A DNA stretch of 64,000 nucleotides from Sarcophilus harrisii (lineage: Eukaryota), in NCBI GenBank assembly GCA_048593225.1, contig CM109176.1, positions 477,435,429 to 477,499,428 of the forward strand. Direction: 5' to 3'. The notes under the pieces are model-generated. The model saw only the letters and a program-made list of their open reading frames with translations. It was not told where the DNA came from and did not search any database. A program made the translations under genes and the position numbers. Positions 50,901 through 63,298 of this stretch are shown here, piece after piece (the stretch's first letter is position 1; every line of letters begins with the position of its first letter).

Positions 50901-53389
50901 AACCAATCAAACTTAGATTTGCCACTAATTAAACTTTTAAAATAAAGCATACCAATGTAAATTTACCTTTTCCCCAACTTATAAATTATCCAATTAATAG
51001 CCTCTCCAGCTAGTACTATTTTAAATATAAAATGAAAGAGCTGGTATCACATGCTATTTTTAATGGCATTGTGTTTACTCTTAATTAGTGGCTGTAATCT
51101 TATTTTAGAGAAAATAGGAAAAAGATATTTCCCTTGAATAAAAATCACAGTACTCTTTGTGTCTGATAGTCTCAAATTGCATATAATACTTCAGACTCTT
51201 TACAGACCAATTGTTCAGGCCCCTTGTTCAAGTGGTTTACCTCGCCATCTGTAATTGATCTCTCGCCTTAAGTTGCCTCTCAACCAAAAATTACTAAAGT
51301 CTGCCTTCCTGCTTACCTATGTGTGACTATAACATTTTTTTCTCCTTCCTGTGTCTTTATATAATGGTTACTGTCACATACTGGTTGCACTACATTTTTC
51401 CAGAGAGGAAAAAGTATAAAAGCTACATAAGTAAATGGAATAGTAGCAGGCAATTTAGCAAAAACAGGGATGTATGCCCAGGGCCTTAGGGGCAGAAATC
51501 CTGGGAATGCCATTAAAATTTCATATGCAAAGATTCAGGATATTTAAGAAAGAGTGTTTTACTCACCATAATGAACTCTGTTAGGTCAGGATTGCTTGTG
51601 GAGTACTTAGGATATGAAAATAATTCTGTGTAACCTGTATAATGAAATTTGTTTGAAACTTCTGTCAAATATTTATTCTAGTAACTTCTAGTTGCATTAC
51701 CATTATGTGGTTCTTTCTGTCATTTAAAAATACTTCACATATTTGTTTATGTATATTTATTGAGTTGGGCCTCACTTTTAGGAAGCTGTATATATAAAAA
51801 TCTTAGTTTGTAATTGTAACAGGAGACTGACCTATAAGGGCCAATCCTGCACATATGTGCAGGGGACTTATAGATATTTGGTGAATACATCTCTAGAAGT
51901 TTATGATAATGTGGAACAAAGGTGTATAACTCTTCACCAAGCATTGGCAAACGTTTAGTTTGTGATTGTTTCCTGTCCACATGGTGGACAGGTGAAGAAG
52001 GATCTTTTGATTAGGGATTGAACAGGAACTGAGCTCATACAAAAGGCCCTAACACAAAAATTCATTTTTTCCTTCCCATCGGTCTTGAGATACAAAGATG
52101 TCTCTGATCTCTGGAGAGCCAGTGGTAAGCCAGGGTAACAGCATATGGCTGTTAAAGCAAGTCTATATCTGACATGGGGCTACCTCCCATTTATATTTTC
52201 TAAACATTGATAAAGGATTTTTGAGACTTTGAAGAACAAAGAACAAAGGTCTAGTGACAGGATACCATATCAAAATTTGCTGGTACTGAGATGAGAGCAT
52301 CAACCATCCCTGAGGAATAATCTGCTCGATTCAGCTCAGTGGCAAAGGGATGATGGATCTTAAGTAGCTTGAAGTCTAATCTTGAAGTAGCCCCCTCATT
52401 CTGTCTATATGTCTAGACTCAGTAGCCACTACTGAGTCTGGTGGGGATGCCTGCATAGCCACCAAGGGGTTTCACAATTCATCCCAGCAGAAGACTGGGC
52501 CCTCCAGTGAAGAAAGATATTACAGTTCAGCATGAGCAAACACAAGTGAGCTGCTCATATCATGGAGATTTCCAGCCTTGTGAGGAGCTAGCCTGGCTGA
52601 GCAGCAGAGTGCCTCATCCACCATCAGTATTGTGCCTGCCCCACCACAATGCAGAGAGCACCCTTCAGAAAAAAAAGGATCTAGAAGCTCTGTAGCTTCA
52701 TCTTTGTGAGGTTTCTTAGCCACATATGTTCCCTACACATGTCTCATTGTGATTGTGTTTTAAATTCATGTCTACTCTTCTCCCCTTTTGCTTGGATGTA
52801 TTTGTGGGAGAATGTGCCCCAGAGGTTGGGTTGACTTATTGAGTCAAGTAATTACAGACTAAATTATTAAAGAACAGAATTTTCTGGCTGCTTGTTAAGC
52901 AAGAGTCCACTAGCAGAGGCACATGAGGCAATATTAGGAGGCTATCTGTCCACAGTGTTCCTCCTACTCTAAAGTACTAACAGCTAATCCTGTGGAATTC
53001 CAACCTGCCAGTACCTATGAGTTAAACAAGTGAGACTTGAGAGGCATTAAAAAAAAAGATAAATTAGAGAGTGATAAAAAATTGGCTTCCTTTCAATATA
53101 TAATTTTGTCAACATATTTATACTACAAAATCACTCATTTAGAACTCAATCATTATATAAAACAAGGTTTGTCTTTAATCTCAAATAGCCCTTTATGTTT
53201 CTACAAAAAGTAAGAGCTCCATACTTTCCCCTGTGGACTTCCCTAGTATTGATATTACTTGGCCAATGGTGAGGTTCAGGAGAAACTTTAACAACAGGGC
53301 CTTTTTTAGAATGGGATGGGCATGAATAGAGAGAACACTGAGCTCCATTCTTTCCTGTGTCATGTGTCTTGACTCTTCTTTACAATCAG

Positions 53390-53925
53390 GCACTGATCCT
53401 TTCTCTTGTATTATGGGCCAGAACTCTGAAACAAGGATTCTTCCAAGGTGTTAAGTCAGTGGAATTGATAAAGAAAATGATTATTTAGTTTAGCATGGTG
53501 CTCTAAGTTCAGTATGATTGAGTTAATGTTACAACAAATAATGATTTCCTAGTGATATAATGATTGGTTTATACTCAGTGTAGAGCATATAAGCTGGGAG
53601 CCTCAGGCAGATTCATTCAGAGACAGCTAGGGAAGACAAGAGGACTGGAAGCTGAAGCACAAGCCCTTGGACTCAGACTCATTCATTCCATGTCACACTC
53701 TGTGGTGGCAGGGCTCTCTTCCTGCATTTTCTCCACCGAAACCAAAACTTTGGAAGGCCTTTAAGAAAGCTAACCGGGCCCCAGGAAAGGAGACAAGACT
53801 TTGAAAGAGGATTGATAAAGAATTTGGACTTTAACCCCTGGCTACTCTTGTGGTGATTAATCTGCTGAAAAGAAGGCTGCCCAGAGACTTGCAGAAAACC
53901 GATCCAAGTGAGTGTTCCCCACCTG
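53390..53925 (+). mobile_element. Solo LTR of the same family as the provirus LTRs at 30.7 and 36.3 kb.
   Basis: An alignable run, 'gggccagaactctgaaacaaggattcttccaaggtg...gtttatactcagtgtagagcatataag...ggatttggactttaacccctggctactcttgtggtgattaatctgctgaaaagaaggctgcc', parallels 30700–31200. There is no internal retroviral sequence alongside it. Confidence 0.75.
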
Positions 53926-54504
53926 GTGTAAAAGGTTTTTACATATCTTTTAATAGCATAAATTCTTCAAACAAAATTATAATTTCACAATGTGTCCAGG
54001 GGTTTTTAATCTTTTTTTATGTCACGCACCTTCTGGCAGTCTGGAGAAACCTATCGAGTCCTTCTTTGTATAATATTTTTAAATAATGGAAGGAAACACT
54101 AAATTTAAATTAGAAGTCAGTAAAAATAAAAATGATTTTTCTTTTTGCCATTTAAGTTCATAGGCCTTTAAATTAATCTACAGACCCAAGTTAAAAATCC
54201 CTGTGGTAAAGACTCAGAGAATCCCAGAGTTGGAATTGGTCATCTAATCCACCTATTCCTGGACAGGAGTTTTTTCTACAATATACTCCACATACAACAT
54301 ACTTCTGTTTCCAGTTAAGATCTCCAATAACAAAATACTCACTATCTCTTGAGGTACCACACTATATTATTTTCTGACAACTTAACACTTGGGCAATTTT
54401 CCCTTGTGAGTTTTCTTGTCAAGGTAATTCATATCCTTTTTATTCTTTTATCTTTTAAAGTTAATTTTAGAATATCACACTGTCAGAAATAACAGAAAAC
54501 TTAC

Positions 54505-54700
54505 TTGTGCCAAACTTGATAATATTTACTTTTTGCTTCTCTTGGACAAGAGACAGAGCATGTAAGGCAATTTGCTTTGCTTGCAGTAATATTGAACCCT
54601 CCATAGAATTGGAACAATCCAGACAAATAATAACTTCATTAGTATAGGCCTTTTCAGGAAGTGCAGTGCTAAAATCTGGATGGAACACCAGCATGCAGGC
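54505..54700 (-). CDS. Coding exon for the N-terminal half of a VWA domain with a MIDAS DxSxS motif. It translates ACMLVFHPDFSTALPEKAYTNEVIICLDCSNSMEGSILLQAKQIALHALSLVQEKQKVNIIKFGT, phase 0 to 1.
   Basis: The acceptor is 'tccttcttccttctag|GCC' and the donor is 'ACAA|gtaagt' (consensus). The translation aligns to VWA5A 'GEFIFLMDRSGSM...AKETLILLLKSL...YFNIYGFGS'. Confidence 0.8.
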
Positions 54701-56329
54701 CTAGAAGGAAGAAGGAGACAATGTCTAGAAAGTGGCAAATTCATCTCATAACTTCATCTGGAAATGAAAAAGTCTTTATTATGAAATTATTTTACTATTA
54801 AATTAATAATGAATTATTAAATTGGTATCCAGGTTTTTCCTCCTTATTTCCTTTAAGAACAAGCTTCTGTAAAAAGTTAGTCTCTGAAGGACATGATTGA
54901 TGAGTGAGATTGCCCTAGCCCTGAAGGAATATGCTCTACAATCTTGGGTAGGACTTCATGCAACTAAGAGTCCTAATTTCTATTAAGAGTGTAAACAGAA
55001 TCTAATTGGAGAAGAGTTCTTACCCCGGAGGAAATGGGATTCTGACCTTGGACCCCTCCATTAGACTTTAGGGTGATCCAACTCATGAAAGAGAAAACCA
55101 ATTAGAGTGATCTGAATGGAGATAAATTTCTCTGACCAGATTGTTGGAGGCAGGTGAGTCTCATGATGAACCAATGTTCTCAGCAGGAGGAGCTGAAGAC
55201 TCCTACCCTGCATTTTCATTAAATGTCCCCAAAAGGGGTTGATTTCCACTTGTCAGAAGCATTCCTTTTTACAAAGGCATTTAAGTCATTCAATGTTTCC
55301 ATCAGTTTGTGTTTGGTTACCTAGAGAAACTACTGACCATCAATTTATTGACTGCCAGCTAGCTTAATTAATAAATAGACTAATTATCCAGAAAATCTAT
55401 AAAGTTATGACTTTCAATTGGTCTTTTATTCAAAAAATGAAAATAATTTTTACTTTGCTAATTGAAGAATTGCTAGTTGAGTAATAAAATTTAATTTTAA
55501 AAGACCAAAAGAATTCTAGTTTTAAGTTCCAAAATGAAGAAGACAAAATTAAGCTGAGCAACATAAAAAGGGAATAGGATTACACAGTAAAATAGCAGAG
55601 TGAGGTGACCAAAACCAGGAGAACAATTTATGCAACAACAATGTAAGAAATTAATTATTTATCTAATATTTAATAATTAATTATTGAATCAAGACCAAGG
55701 TTTTTCCCCTTTTCTACTTCCTCATCCAGAAATCAACCAGTGGCAGAGATCTAAAAAGACAATTAAGAGAAGCTCTTAAGTTTGGGCTCCTAGGTGTATA
55801 CCCTACTCAGTATTTGCTCAGACAAGTCTGGGAAAAATGTAGATTCTCCCTTTTGTCAGACAGGTGATAAGGAAATTGATTAGTCAAGATATGGACAATA
55901 TAGGTCACATACCCCCAAACCCTCATTTTAATACAGCCCACCTTTCATTATAATATTTATTCTCTTATTGACCCATGAAAATTGATTTAAAAAATTATAT
56001 TATAATTATATATACATATATATGTAAAATATATATATAGATCTGGACCTGATATTTCTATTGAGTGGATTAGCCCAGGACCATTCCCAGTAGCTCGAAC
56101 TTAAGTGGTCTCATTCAACTGGAAATCTAGGCCTGGGGGCAGTGAAGAAATTGAAGGAATCTCATTCAATGGAAGCCCTACCTTGAGACTGCCAATAAAA
56201 TGACCATTCTGAACTCTAAATCTTTGCAGAAATCTGAAGTAGGAATTAGCTTCACCAATGAAGCTCTCTTCTTGGCAAAGCTGCCTACCAAGACTCCTAC
56301 CTGTTGTGAAAAGACCCTCTTCTCAGTGA

Positions 56330-56530
56330 ATATAATATTATATATATATATTATATATTAATATATAATATAATATATATATAGAGAATAATAACTGAGA
56401 ATAATTGAGAATAACACTGAGAATAATATAATATAACATATAATAATAATATAATATATATAATATATAATAATATAATAAATAATAAATAAATTAAATT
56501 TAAATTTAATTTAAATAAATTTAAAATAAG
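56330..56530. repeat. AT-rich compound microsatellite of (ATATA/TAATA/AAT)n, about 200 bp.
   Basis: Directly visible: 'tataatattatatatatatattatatattaatatataatataatatatatata...aataataaataaattaaatttaaatttaatttaaataaa'. Confidence 0.95.
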
Positions 56531-56544
56531 AGGCATTTCAAGGG

Positions 56545-58490
56545 AAAATCAGAAACTTTATGAGCAAAACTACAAAACACTTTCCACACAAATTAAGCCT
56601 GATCTAACCAAGTGGAAAAATATTAAATGCTCTTGGATTGGACGAGCAAATATAATAAAGATGACAATACTACCTAAACCAATCTATTTATTTAGCGCTA
56701 TACCAATCAGACTCCCCAAAAACTATTTTAATGACCTAGAAAAAATAACAACAAAGTTCATATGGAAAAACAAAAGGTCAAGAATTTCAAGGGAATTAAT
56801 GAAAAAAAAATCAAATGAAGGTGGCCTAGCTGTACCAGATCTAAAATTATATCATAAAGCAGCAGTTACCAAAACCATCTGGTATTGGCTAAGAAATAGA
56901 CTAGTTGATCAATGGAATAGGTTAGGTTCAAAGGATAAAACAGCCAATAACTTTAACAATCTAGTGTCTGACAAACCCAAAGACCCCAGTTTTTGGGATA
57001 AGAACGCATTATTTGACAAAAATTGCTGGGGAAATTGGAAATTAGTATGGCAGAAACTAGGCATTGATCCACACTTAACACCGTACACCAAGATAAGGTC
57101 AAAATGGGTTCATGACCTAGACATAAAGAATGAGATTATAAATGAATTAGAAGAGCATAGGATAGTTTACCTCTCAGACCTGTGGAAGAGAAAGGAAATT
57201 ATGACCAAAGAAAAACTAGAGATCACTATTGACTACAAAATAGAAAATTTTGATTATATCAAATTGAAAAGTTTTTGTACAAACAAAACTAATGCAGACA
57301 AGATTAGAATGGAAACAATAAACTGGGAAAACATTTTTATAGTCAAAGGTTCTGATAAAGGCCTCATTTCCAAAATATATAGAGAATTGACTCTAATTTA
57401 TAAGAAATCAAGCCATTCTCCTACTGATAAATGGTCAAAGGATATGAATAGACAATTCTCAGGCGAAGAAATTGAAACTATTTCTAGCCATATGAAAATA
57501 TGCTCCAAATCATTATTAATCAGAGAAATGCAAATTAAGACAACTCTGAGATACCACTACACACCTGTCAGATTGGCTAAGATGACAGGAAAAGATAATG
57601 ATGATTGTTGGAGGGGATGTGGGAAAACTGGGACACTGATACATTGTTGGTGGAATTGTGAATACATCCAACCATTTTGGAGAGTAGTTCGGAACTATGC
57701 TCAAAAAGTTATCAAACTGTGCATACTCTTTGATCCAGCAGTGTTTCTACTGGGCTTATACCCCAAGGAGATACTAAAGAAGGGAAAGGGACCTGTGTGT
57801 GCCAAAATGTTTGTGGCAGCCCTTTTTGTAGTAGCTAGAAACTGGAAAATGAATGGATGCCCATCAATTGGAGAATGGTTGAGTAAACTGTGGTATATGA
57901 ATATTATGGAATATTATTGTTCCATAAGAAATGACCAGCAGGATGAATACAGAGAGGCTTGGAGAGACTTACATGAACTGATGCTGAATGAAATGAGCTT
58001 TATATACCTTTATATACCAGGAGATCATTATATACCTCAACAACGACACTGTATGAGGATATATTCTGATGGAAGTGGATTTCTTCAACAAAGAGATCTA
58101 ACTCAATTTCAATTGATTAAGAATGGACAGAAGCAGCTACACCCAAAGAAAGAATACTGGGAAATGAATGTAAACTGCTTGCATTTTTGTTTTTCTTCCC
58201 GAGTTATTTTTACCTTCTGAATCCAATTCTTCCTGTGCAACAAGAGAACTGTTCGATTCTGCACACATATATTGTATGTAGGATACACTGTGACATATTT
58301 AACTTGTATAGGACTGCTTGCCATCTGGGTGGGTGGGGGGGTGAAAGGAGGGAGGGGAAAAGTCGGAACAGAAGTGAGTGCAAGGGATAATGTTGTAAAA
58401 AAATTACCCTGGCATGGGTTCTGTCAATAAAAAGTTATAATAAAAAATAAATTAATTAATTTTTTTAAAAAAGGGGAAAAAAAAAGAAAA
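56545..58490 (+). mobile_element. 5'-truncated L1 with a long intact stretch of ORF2 (519-aa ORF covering the RT C-terminus and Cys-rich domain) and a 3'UTR. It is relatively young.
   Basis: The ORF 56661..58220 reads '...[89 protein letters not shown]...EWLSKLWYMNIMEYYCSIRNDQQDEYREAWRDLHELML'. A 3'UTR with an A-rich end runs 58220–58490. Confidence 0.9.
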
Positions 58491-58539
58491 ATAGTAAATG
58501 AAAAAGGTAAAATTCAACCCTAAAAAAAAAAAAATGGTA

Positions 58540-58990
58540 AATGTCTAACAAATGTTTAGAAAATGTTTAACAAATGCTTGTTGATGGATTGATAAATAAT
58601 GGAATTTTAGTGTGCTATAAGAAATGTTGAATAATTCACAGAAAACCTGGGAAAATACACAAATTGTGGCAGAGGAAAGCAAGTAGAACCAGGAAAAAAT
58701 AGACATAATGACCAATATTATAAATAAAAAGAAGCCAAGTGCTATGTAACTACAATGTCCTGTCCTGGCTTACAAGAAGAGATATATAGAAACCAGACTC
58801 CTTTTCCTAGAAGAAATGTGAAAGTGTGGATGGGGAATGTGGCATTTTCTGCCACACATGGTTGCTATGTACAGTGGTATTATTACTGAACTGATTTTCT
58901 TTGCTACAAAAGAAGACTCATAGAGTAGATATCTACAGAAATTACTATGATCTGAAAACAAAAGTTATCAATAAAACTTAAAAAAAATAA
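58540..58990 (+). repeat. Ancient L1-like 3' fragment.
   Basis: It contains 'gatggattgataaataatggaattttagtgtgctataagaaatgttgaataattcacagaaaacctgggaaaatac...', a diverged 'W.NKLWYMN.MEYY...RND' pattern, and an A-rich end near 58980. Confidence 0.5.
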
Positions 58991-60219
58991 GTAAGGAAGT
59001 TCAGTGAGATGGTCTATTAAGTTCCCATCTTGTTTTAAAACCTAGTCATTTACTTAAGCACTATGACAGTTCTTTGATATCTTGAAGAATAAGGGACAAC
59101 TGTCTAATATGTTAAATAACAAAAAAAAAAAACCCAAAAAAGGAATCCTTTGCAATTTTTCCTTCAAGATTAAGAGTCCCCCATAATCATAATGAATTTC
59201 AGAACTAGAAAGTATTTTAGAAATCATTGAGTCAGAGGAATTAGTTATAGAATTCAGAACTGAAGAGGATCTATCTAATCAATCACCTCATCTTTTATAG
59301 TTTAAGAAAAATGAGACTTAAAAGTAAATCCAAACCTTTCATATTACAAAATAATAGAATTTGATTAAATCCAGAAGAACATATATTTATTAAATGCTTA
59401 CCACTTGCAAAACTGTGATAGGTATTGGAAATATAAAGACAAAAACCAAGTTCCTGCTTTCAAGGAGCTAAGAATTCCCTGACATTCTGGAAGCAAACTG
59501 ATACTCAGAGATACATATTTAATGGCAGAGACACTATCTGGATCCAAAATTAAAATGTGTTCTATCACAGAAATTAAGTGAGCCCCTTTATATGAAGATA
59601 AATTAAAGATGGGAAGGCACCTTGGAAGCCATCCAGTCTAATGTGCTCATTTTATAGATGAGGTAATTAAAACTCAGAATTTTTAATATCTTGCTTCTGA
59701 TCATATATGGAATAAAGAGAAGATCTGGGAGATGAATCTAGGTCTTTTGACTTCATTCCTCATACCTAATTTTTTCCCTCTCTTTCTTCAAAGAGGGTCA
59801 ATACTAAAATCAAAAGAGTTAGGCATAGCTAATATATGATTAGGCTATAATTACTCTACATATGGTGAGAAGTCCCTAATATTCTTCTATTTTATAGGCT
59901 TACTAAATTAGAAGAATGTCACAGATATGTTGTATTTTATTTTTTAAAAAATCATTTGTCAAATAAATAAATACTTTTAAATTTTAAAAGATTTTTTAAT
60001 AATCACCTGACACAAATCTCCCATGTTATCTTTGTGGGTTAGATGGTAAAATTGATATAAGATAGTAAGATGTATTTTAACAGTTACACCCAAAGAATGT
60101 TAATTCCTACATCATTGTCAGTCTAGATAAAGGCCTCTAGGGGGAGACCACAAAGCTCAGTGCTTGCCTCAGATTCCTGTCAATGATTTGTCAATCACAA
60201 GCAGCAAATATTTATGAAT

Positions 60220-60320
60220 GGATGTCCATCAATTGGAGAATGGTTGAGTAAACTGTGGTATATGAATGTTATGGAATGTTATTGTTCTGTAAGAAATGAC
60301 CAGCAGGATGAATACAGATT
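60220..60320 (+). repeat. Short L1 ORF2 C-terminal fragment.
   Basis: It contains 'ggatgtccatcaattggagaatggttgagtaaactgtggtatatgaatgttatggaatgttattgttctgtaagaaatgaccagcaggatgaatacaga'. Confidence 0.85.
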
Positions 60321-60599
60321 TTGCAGATAATACAAAACCTAAAGATATAGCCAACAATAGGGGACAGAAAAAAGATTCAAAATATTTCAACAGGTTAGAA
60401 AATTGAGAAGCAGAAATTTGATACAAATAAGAATCCTGTGATAAGAATTACTGAGGGCCAGCAACCCCAATGTTCTACACCATTTGCTTCAGCTAGTTTT
60501 AGGGCTTGCTGGCAGAGAAACTTGTATCCTTTATTACAGGTGTCAATCTCAAGGATCAAAGGAGAGGCAAAATGTTGTCAATAATTCTAGAACAATAGA

Positions 60600-60715
60600 G
60601 CCATGGCAGGTGTGTGTATGTGTATGTGTGTGTGTATGTGCATAGTATGTGTATATACAGAAAGAGAGAGAAACAGAGGCAGAGAGAGAAATGAGACACA
60701 CAGAGAGAACCAAAC
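60600..60715. repeat. (GT)n followed by (GA)n compound microsatellite.
   Basis: Directly visible: 'gtgtgtgtatgtgtatgtgtgtgtgtatgtgc...cagaaagagagagaaacagaggcagagagagaaatgagacacacagagagaacc'. Confidence 0.9.
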
Positions 60716-61312
60716 AATTTAGCTATTTAAATAAAGAAGCAGAAACAAAAAGACAGATTTGCCTTATTTGAAAGGAATGGATTAAATATTTGTTATATAG
60801 TATAATTATCTGGAAGTGCAAAGAAGTGGGACATTAGGAGAAATACTGGTAATGAAAAAAGCCAAAAGTTATAAATAAAAACTTATTCTGAAAAAGAAGG
60901 TATAATAAAAATTCTAAAAAAAATTAAAAATTATTTGAAAAAAAGAAAGGCCAGATGGGACTAAAGGCAAAGTAGAATAACACATTATAACAATAACATC
61001 ATACCAATATGGAAATCATAAATTTGAAATGGAAATATGGTGGGCCGTATTTGGGTAAGGATCAATGGAAAGAGAAACAAGAAGTATTACAGGGGGAATT
61101 TAATCTGTTATACAAAACCATACAATAAATATTCAAAATATTGTTCAGCAAACACGATTGTCACTTTTTGTAGTTGATGGATCTGTCGCAGTGAAAAATG
61201 ACAATGGATTCAAATGAAACTGGAATGTATATAGTCATTTTTTTTCCAAAGTGTTTTTTTAAAACAGTTACTTTGGAAGATATATATTTTTTTCAAATAA
61301 AAAGAGATTTAC

Positions 61313-61378
61313 CTCACTTTCCTTGTTTGGGTGCTTTTCAACCCACATTCTTGGGAGGTAAACCTCTCCTATGTGGAT
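61313..61378 (-). CDS. Candidate small internal exon translating IHIGEVYLPRMWVEKHPNKESE, phase 0 to 0.
   Basis: A strong acceptor 'cttctctctccag|AT' and donor 'GAG|gtaaat'. The frame is open and its phase is compatible with the upstream VIT exon. There is only weak resemblance to VWA5A 'EDLPYTLSMV'. Confidence 0.28.
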
Positions 61379-61989
61379 CTGGAGAGAGAAGCCTTTGCTG
61401 TCTAAGGTACTGTTATCCAAAGTACTGATTACAGCTTTGCAGTCTGTTTTCTATACACAAAAGAAAAATATAATAACATTTGATTTAATTGAATATGTCC
61501 ATTTTGTCACTCACTGTAGTATAAAATCATTTTCAAAGGATAGTTTAAAGGAGAGCAAAAAAATTAATCCTAAAGTTATGTGTTTCTGATCACTTGAAAA
61601 CTCTGAATTCTTAGGGTAAAACTTTCATTTCAGTCATTTTCAGGTATTTCACAAAATTCTAAATTTGTATCTCTCTACAAAGCCAAACCAAAGTAAAAGA
61701 ATAACACTTCTACTTAAGTCATTAGTTATATAGATTAATCTGGTTCAGAATATAACTGATAGTCACACTTTAAAGATCTTATAAATTTTACAATTTAAAA
61801 AATCTTACAAATGAGCCTCACTGATGACAGCATTGATAAGATATTTTTACAAGTATGAAATTAATTTAAATATAGATAATAAAGTTTTTTAAAGACTTAC
61901 ATACCTTTATTTTGAGCTGGTGTGTGTCACTGCTAATTAGCTCAATTAAATGTGGCATCTCAATTGATATATTTAAGGAGAATCTATTA

Positions 61990-62265
61990 AATATAAAGAA
62001 AAAAGGATTTCAATTTAATAGACAGAGATACATTGCTTTCCTTCACATATGCTATATTTCAAATACAAGTTGCTATATGCTAGCTACTTGTGCTCCTCAA
62101 ATTACCTTGTATTTATTCTGAATATATTGATATGTGCAGTTGTCTCCTCTATTGACTGTAAGTTTCTTAAGGAAGGGATTATTTCATTTTTGTTTTTGTA
62201 TCACTAAAGACACAGTACTTAGCACCTAATAAGTGTTTAATAAATGTTTCTAGATTGATCACACC
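61990..62265 (+). mobile_element. MIR-type SINE.
   Basis: It contains '...ctctattgactgtaagtttcttaaggaagggattatttcatttttgtttttgtatcactaaagacacagtacttagcacctaataagtgtttaataaatgtttctagattgatc', the MIR/Mar1 3' region. Confidence 0.8.
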
Positions 62266-62879
62266 CTCTATAAATTTGTGTAAGCTCTCTCCCAAGTTCA
62301 GATTGTATACTCTTTTCATTACTCTGTCAGAAGCCTAATCAGCTAAACTGTATCTCCTTTACAGAAAATTATGATTCCCTCCATCTGAAAATATTTTCTC
62401 TCCCTTAAAATTTTGCCAGAACATTTTGAAGCTCTTTGTTTCTATGACATTCTTCCTTCTATTAAATACAGTATATTTCAAAAGGAACTTTAAAATATGA
62501 AATTAATGTCCACTAAATTCAGTCACTGAAAAATTAAGACTTTATATTTTAGGTACTTACTGCTGATGCACTCCTACTTCCTTAATATAAACTTTCTCTA
62601 CTGCATCCTGTCAAAAATAAAAATATAATCATATATCCATTTTCAGGGTACGCCGAATACAATGACTAGGATATAAAAAAATGGTAGGTCATTGTCACAT
62701 CAAGTAAACAGCTAGCAACATGAATAATGCTATAAGTTTGCAACTTTGCACATCTGTAAATATCATGCATTTTCCTCTTGTGGAATAAAAGTCACTATAA
62801 AACTAATTTTTGAGTAATAGTACTCAGAAAGGTTAATGAAATAACAACAGTTAACATTTGCATACAGCTTACCAAACAC

Positions 62880-63085
62880 TTTACAATTATTATCTCACTT
62901 GATCTCACCATAACTCTGGGAGGTGGATGCTATTATTCACTCTATTTTACAGATAAAGAAACTGAGGAACACAAGTTAAGTGACTTGCCTAGAGTCACAA
63001 AACTATTAAATAGTTTATATCCCTTAGGCAGGGATTTGAAATCAGGTCCACCTGACTCCAGGCCTGATGTTCTCTCTGCTGTGCC
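62880..63085 (+). mobile_element. MIR-type SINE about 200 bp downstream of the VIT exon (in the gene's direction).
   Basis: It contains '...attttacagataaagaaactgaggaacacaagttaagtgacttgcctagagtcacaaaactattaaatag...ggatttgaaatcaggtccacctgactccaggcctgatgttctctctgctgtgccatcc'. Confidence 0.8.
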
Positions 63086-63298
63086 ATCCTAATTGCCTCT
63101 AATTGCTACTGATATTCAAAAAGGGCAAATGAAAATAATTTTTTCTCATTTTTCTAACTGACATGTATACTAAGTTCTGTTATCTTTAGGAAATATTACC
63201 TATTTATATCAAGGACATTAGATTCCTTTTGATAATTAATTTAAGAACTATAACTTCAAAGAAAATATCACTTAAAATGTAATGTTAAATATACAAAC

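Noticed and set aside
59998-60106. A 31-codon open frame ending in a good donor ('TGTGTCAG|gtgatt'). 'ILYQFYHLTHKD' faintly resembles VWA5A 'LLIYYNEVHTP'.
   Set aside because: On exact reverse-complementing, an in-frame TAA lies between the only plausible upstream acceptor and the conserved-looking residues. The only AG downstream of the stop gives a 23-nt exon. It is not a coherent exon.
62561-62607. A 47-nt candidate exon ('DAVEKVYIKEVGVHQ') with acceptor 'ttatttttgacag' and donor 'CA|gtaagt'.
   Set aside because: Its phase-2 end is incompatible with the next candidate exon (61313–61378, phase 0 start). It is too short to judge and the homology is weak. It is kept only as a note in the findings.
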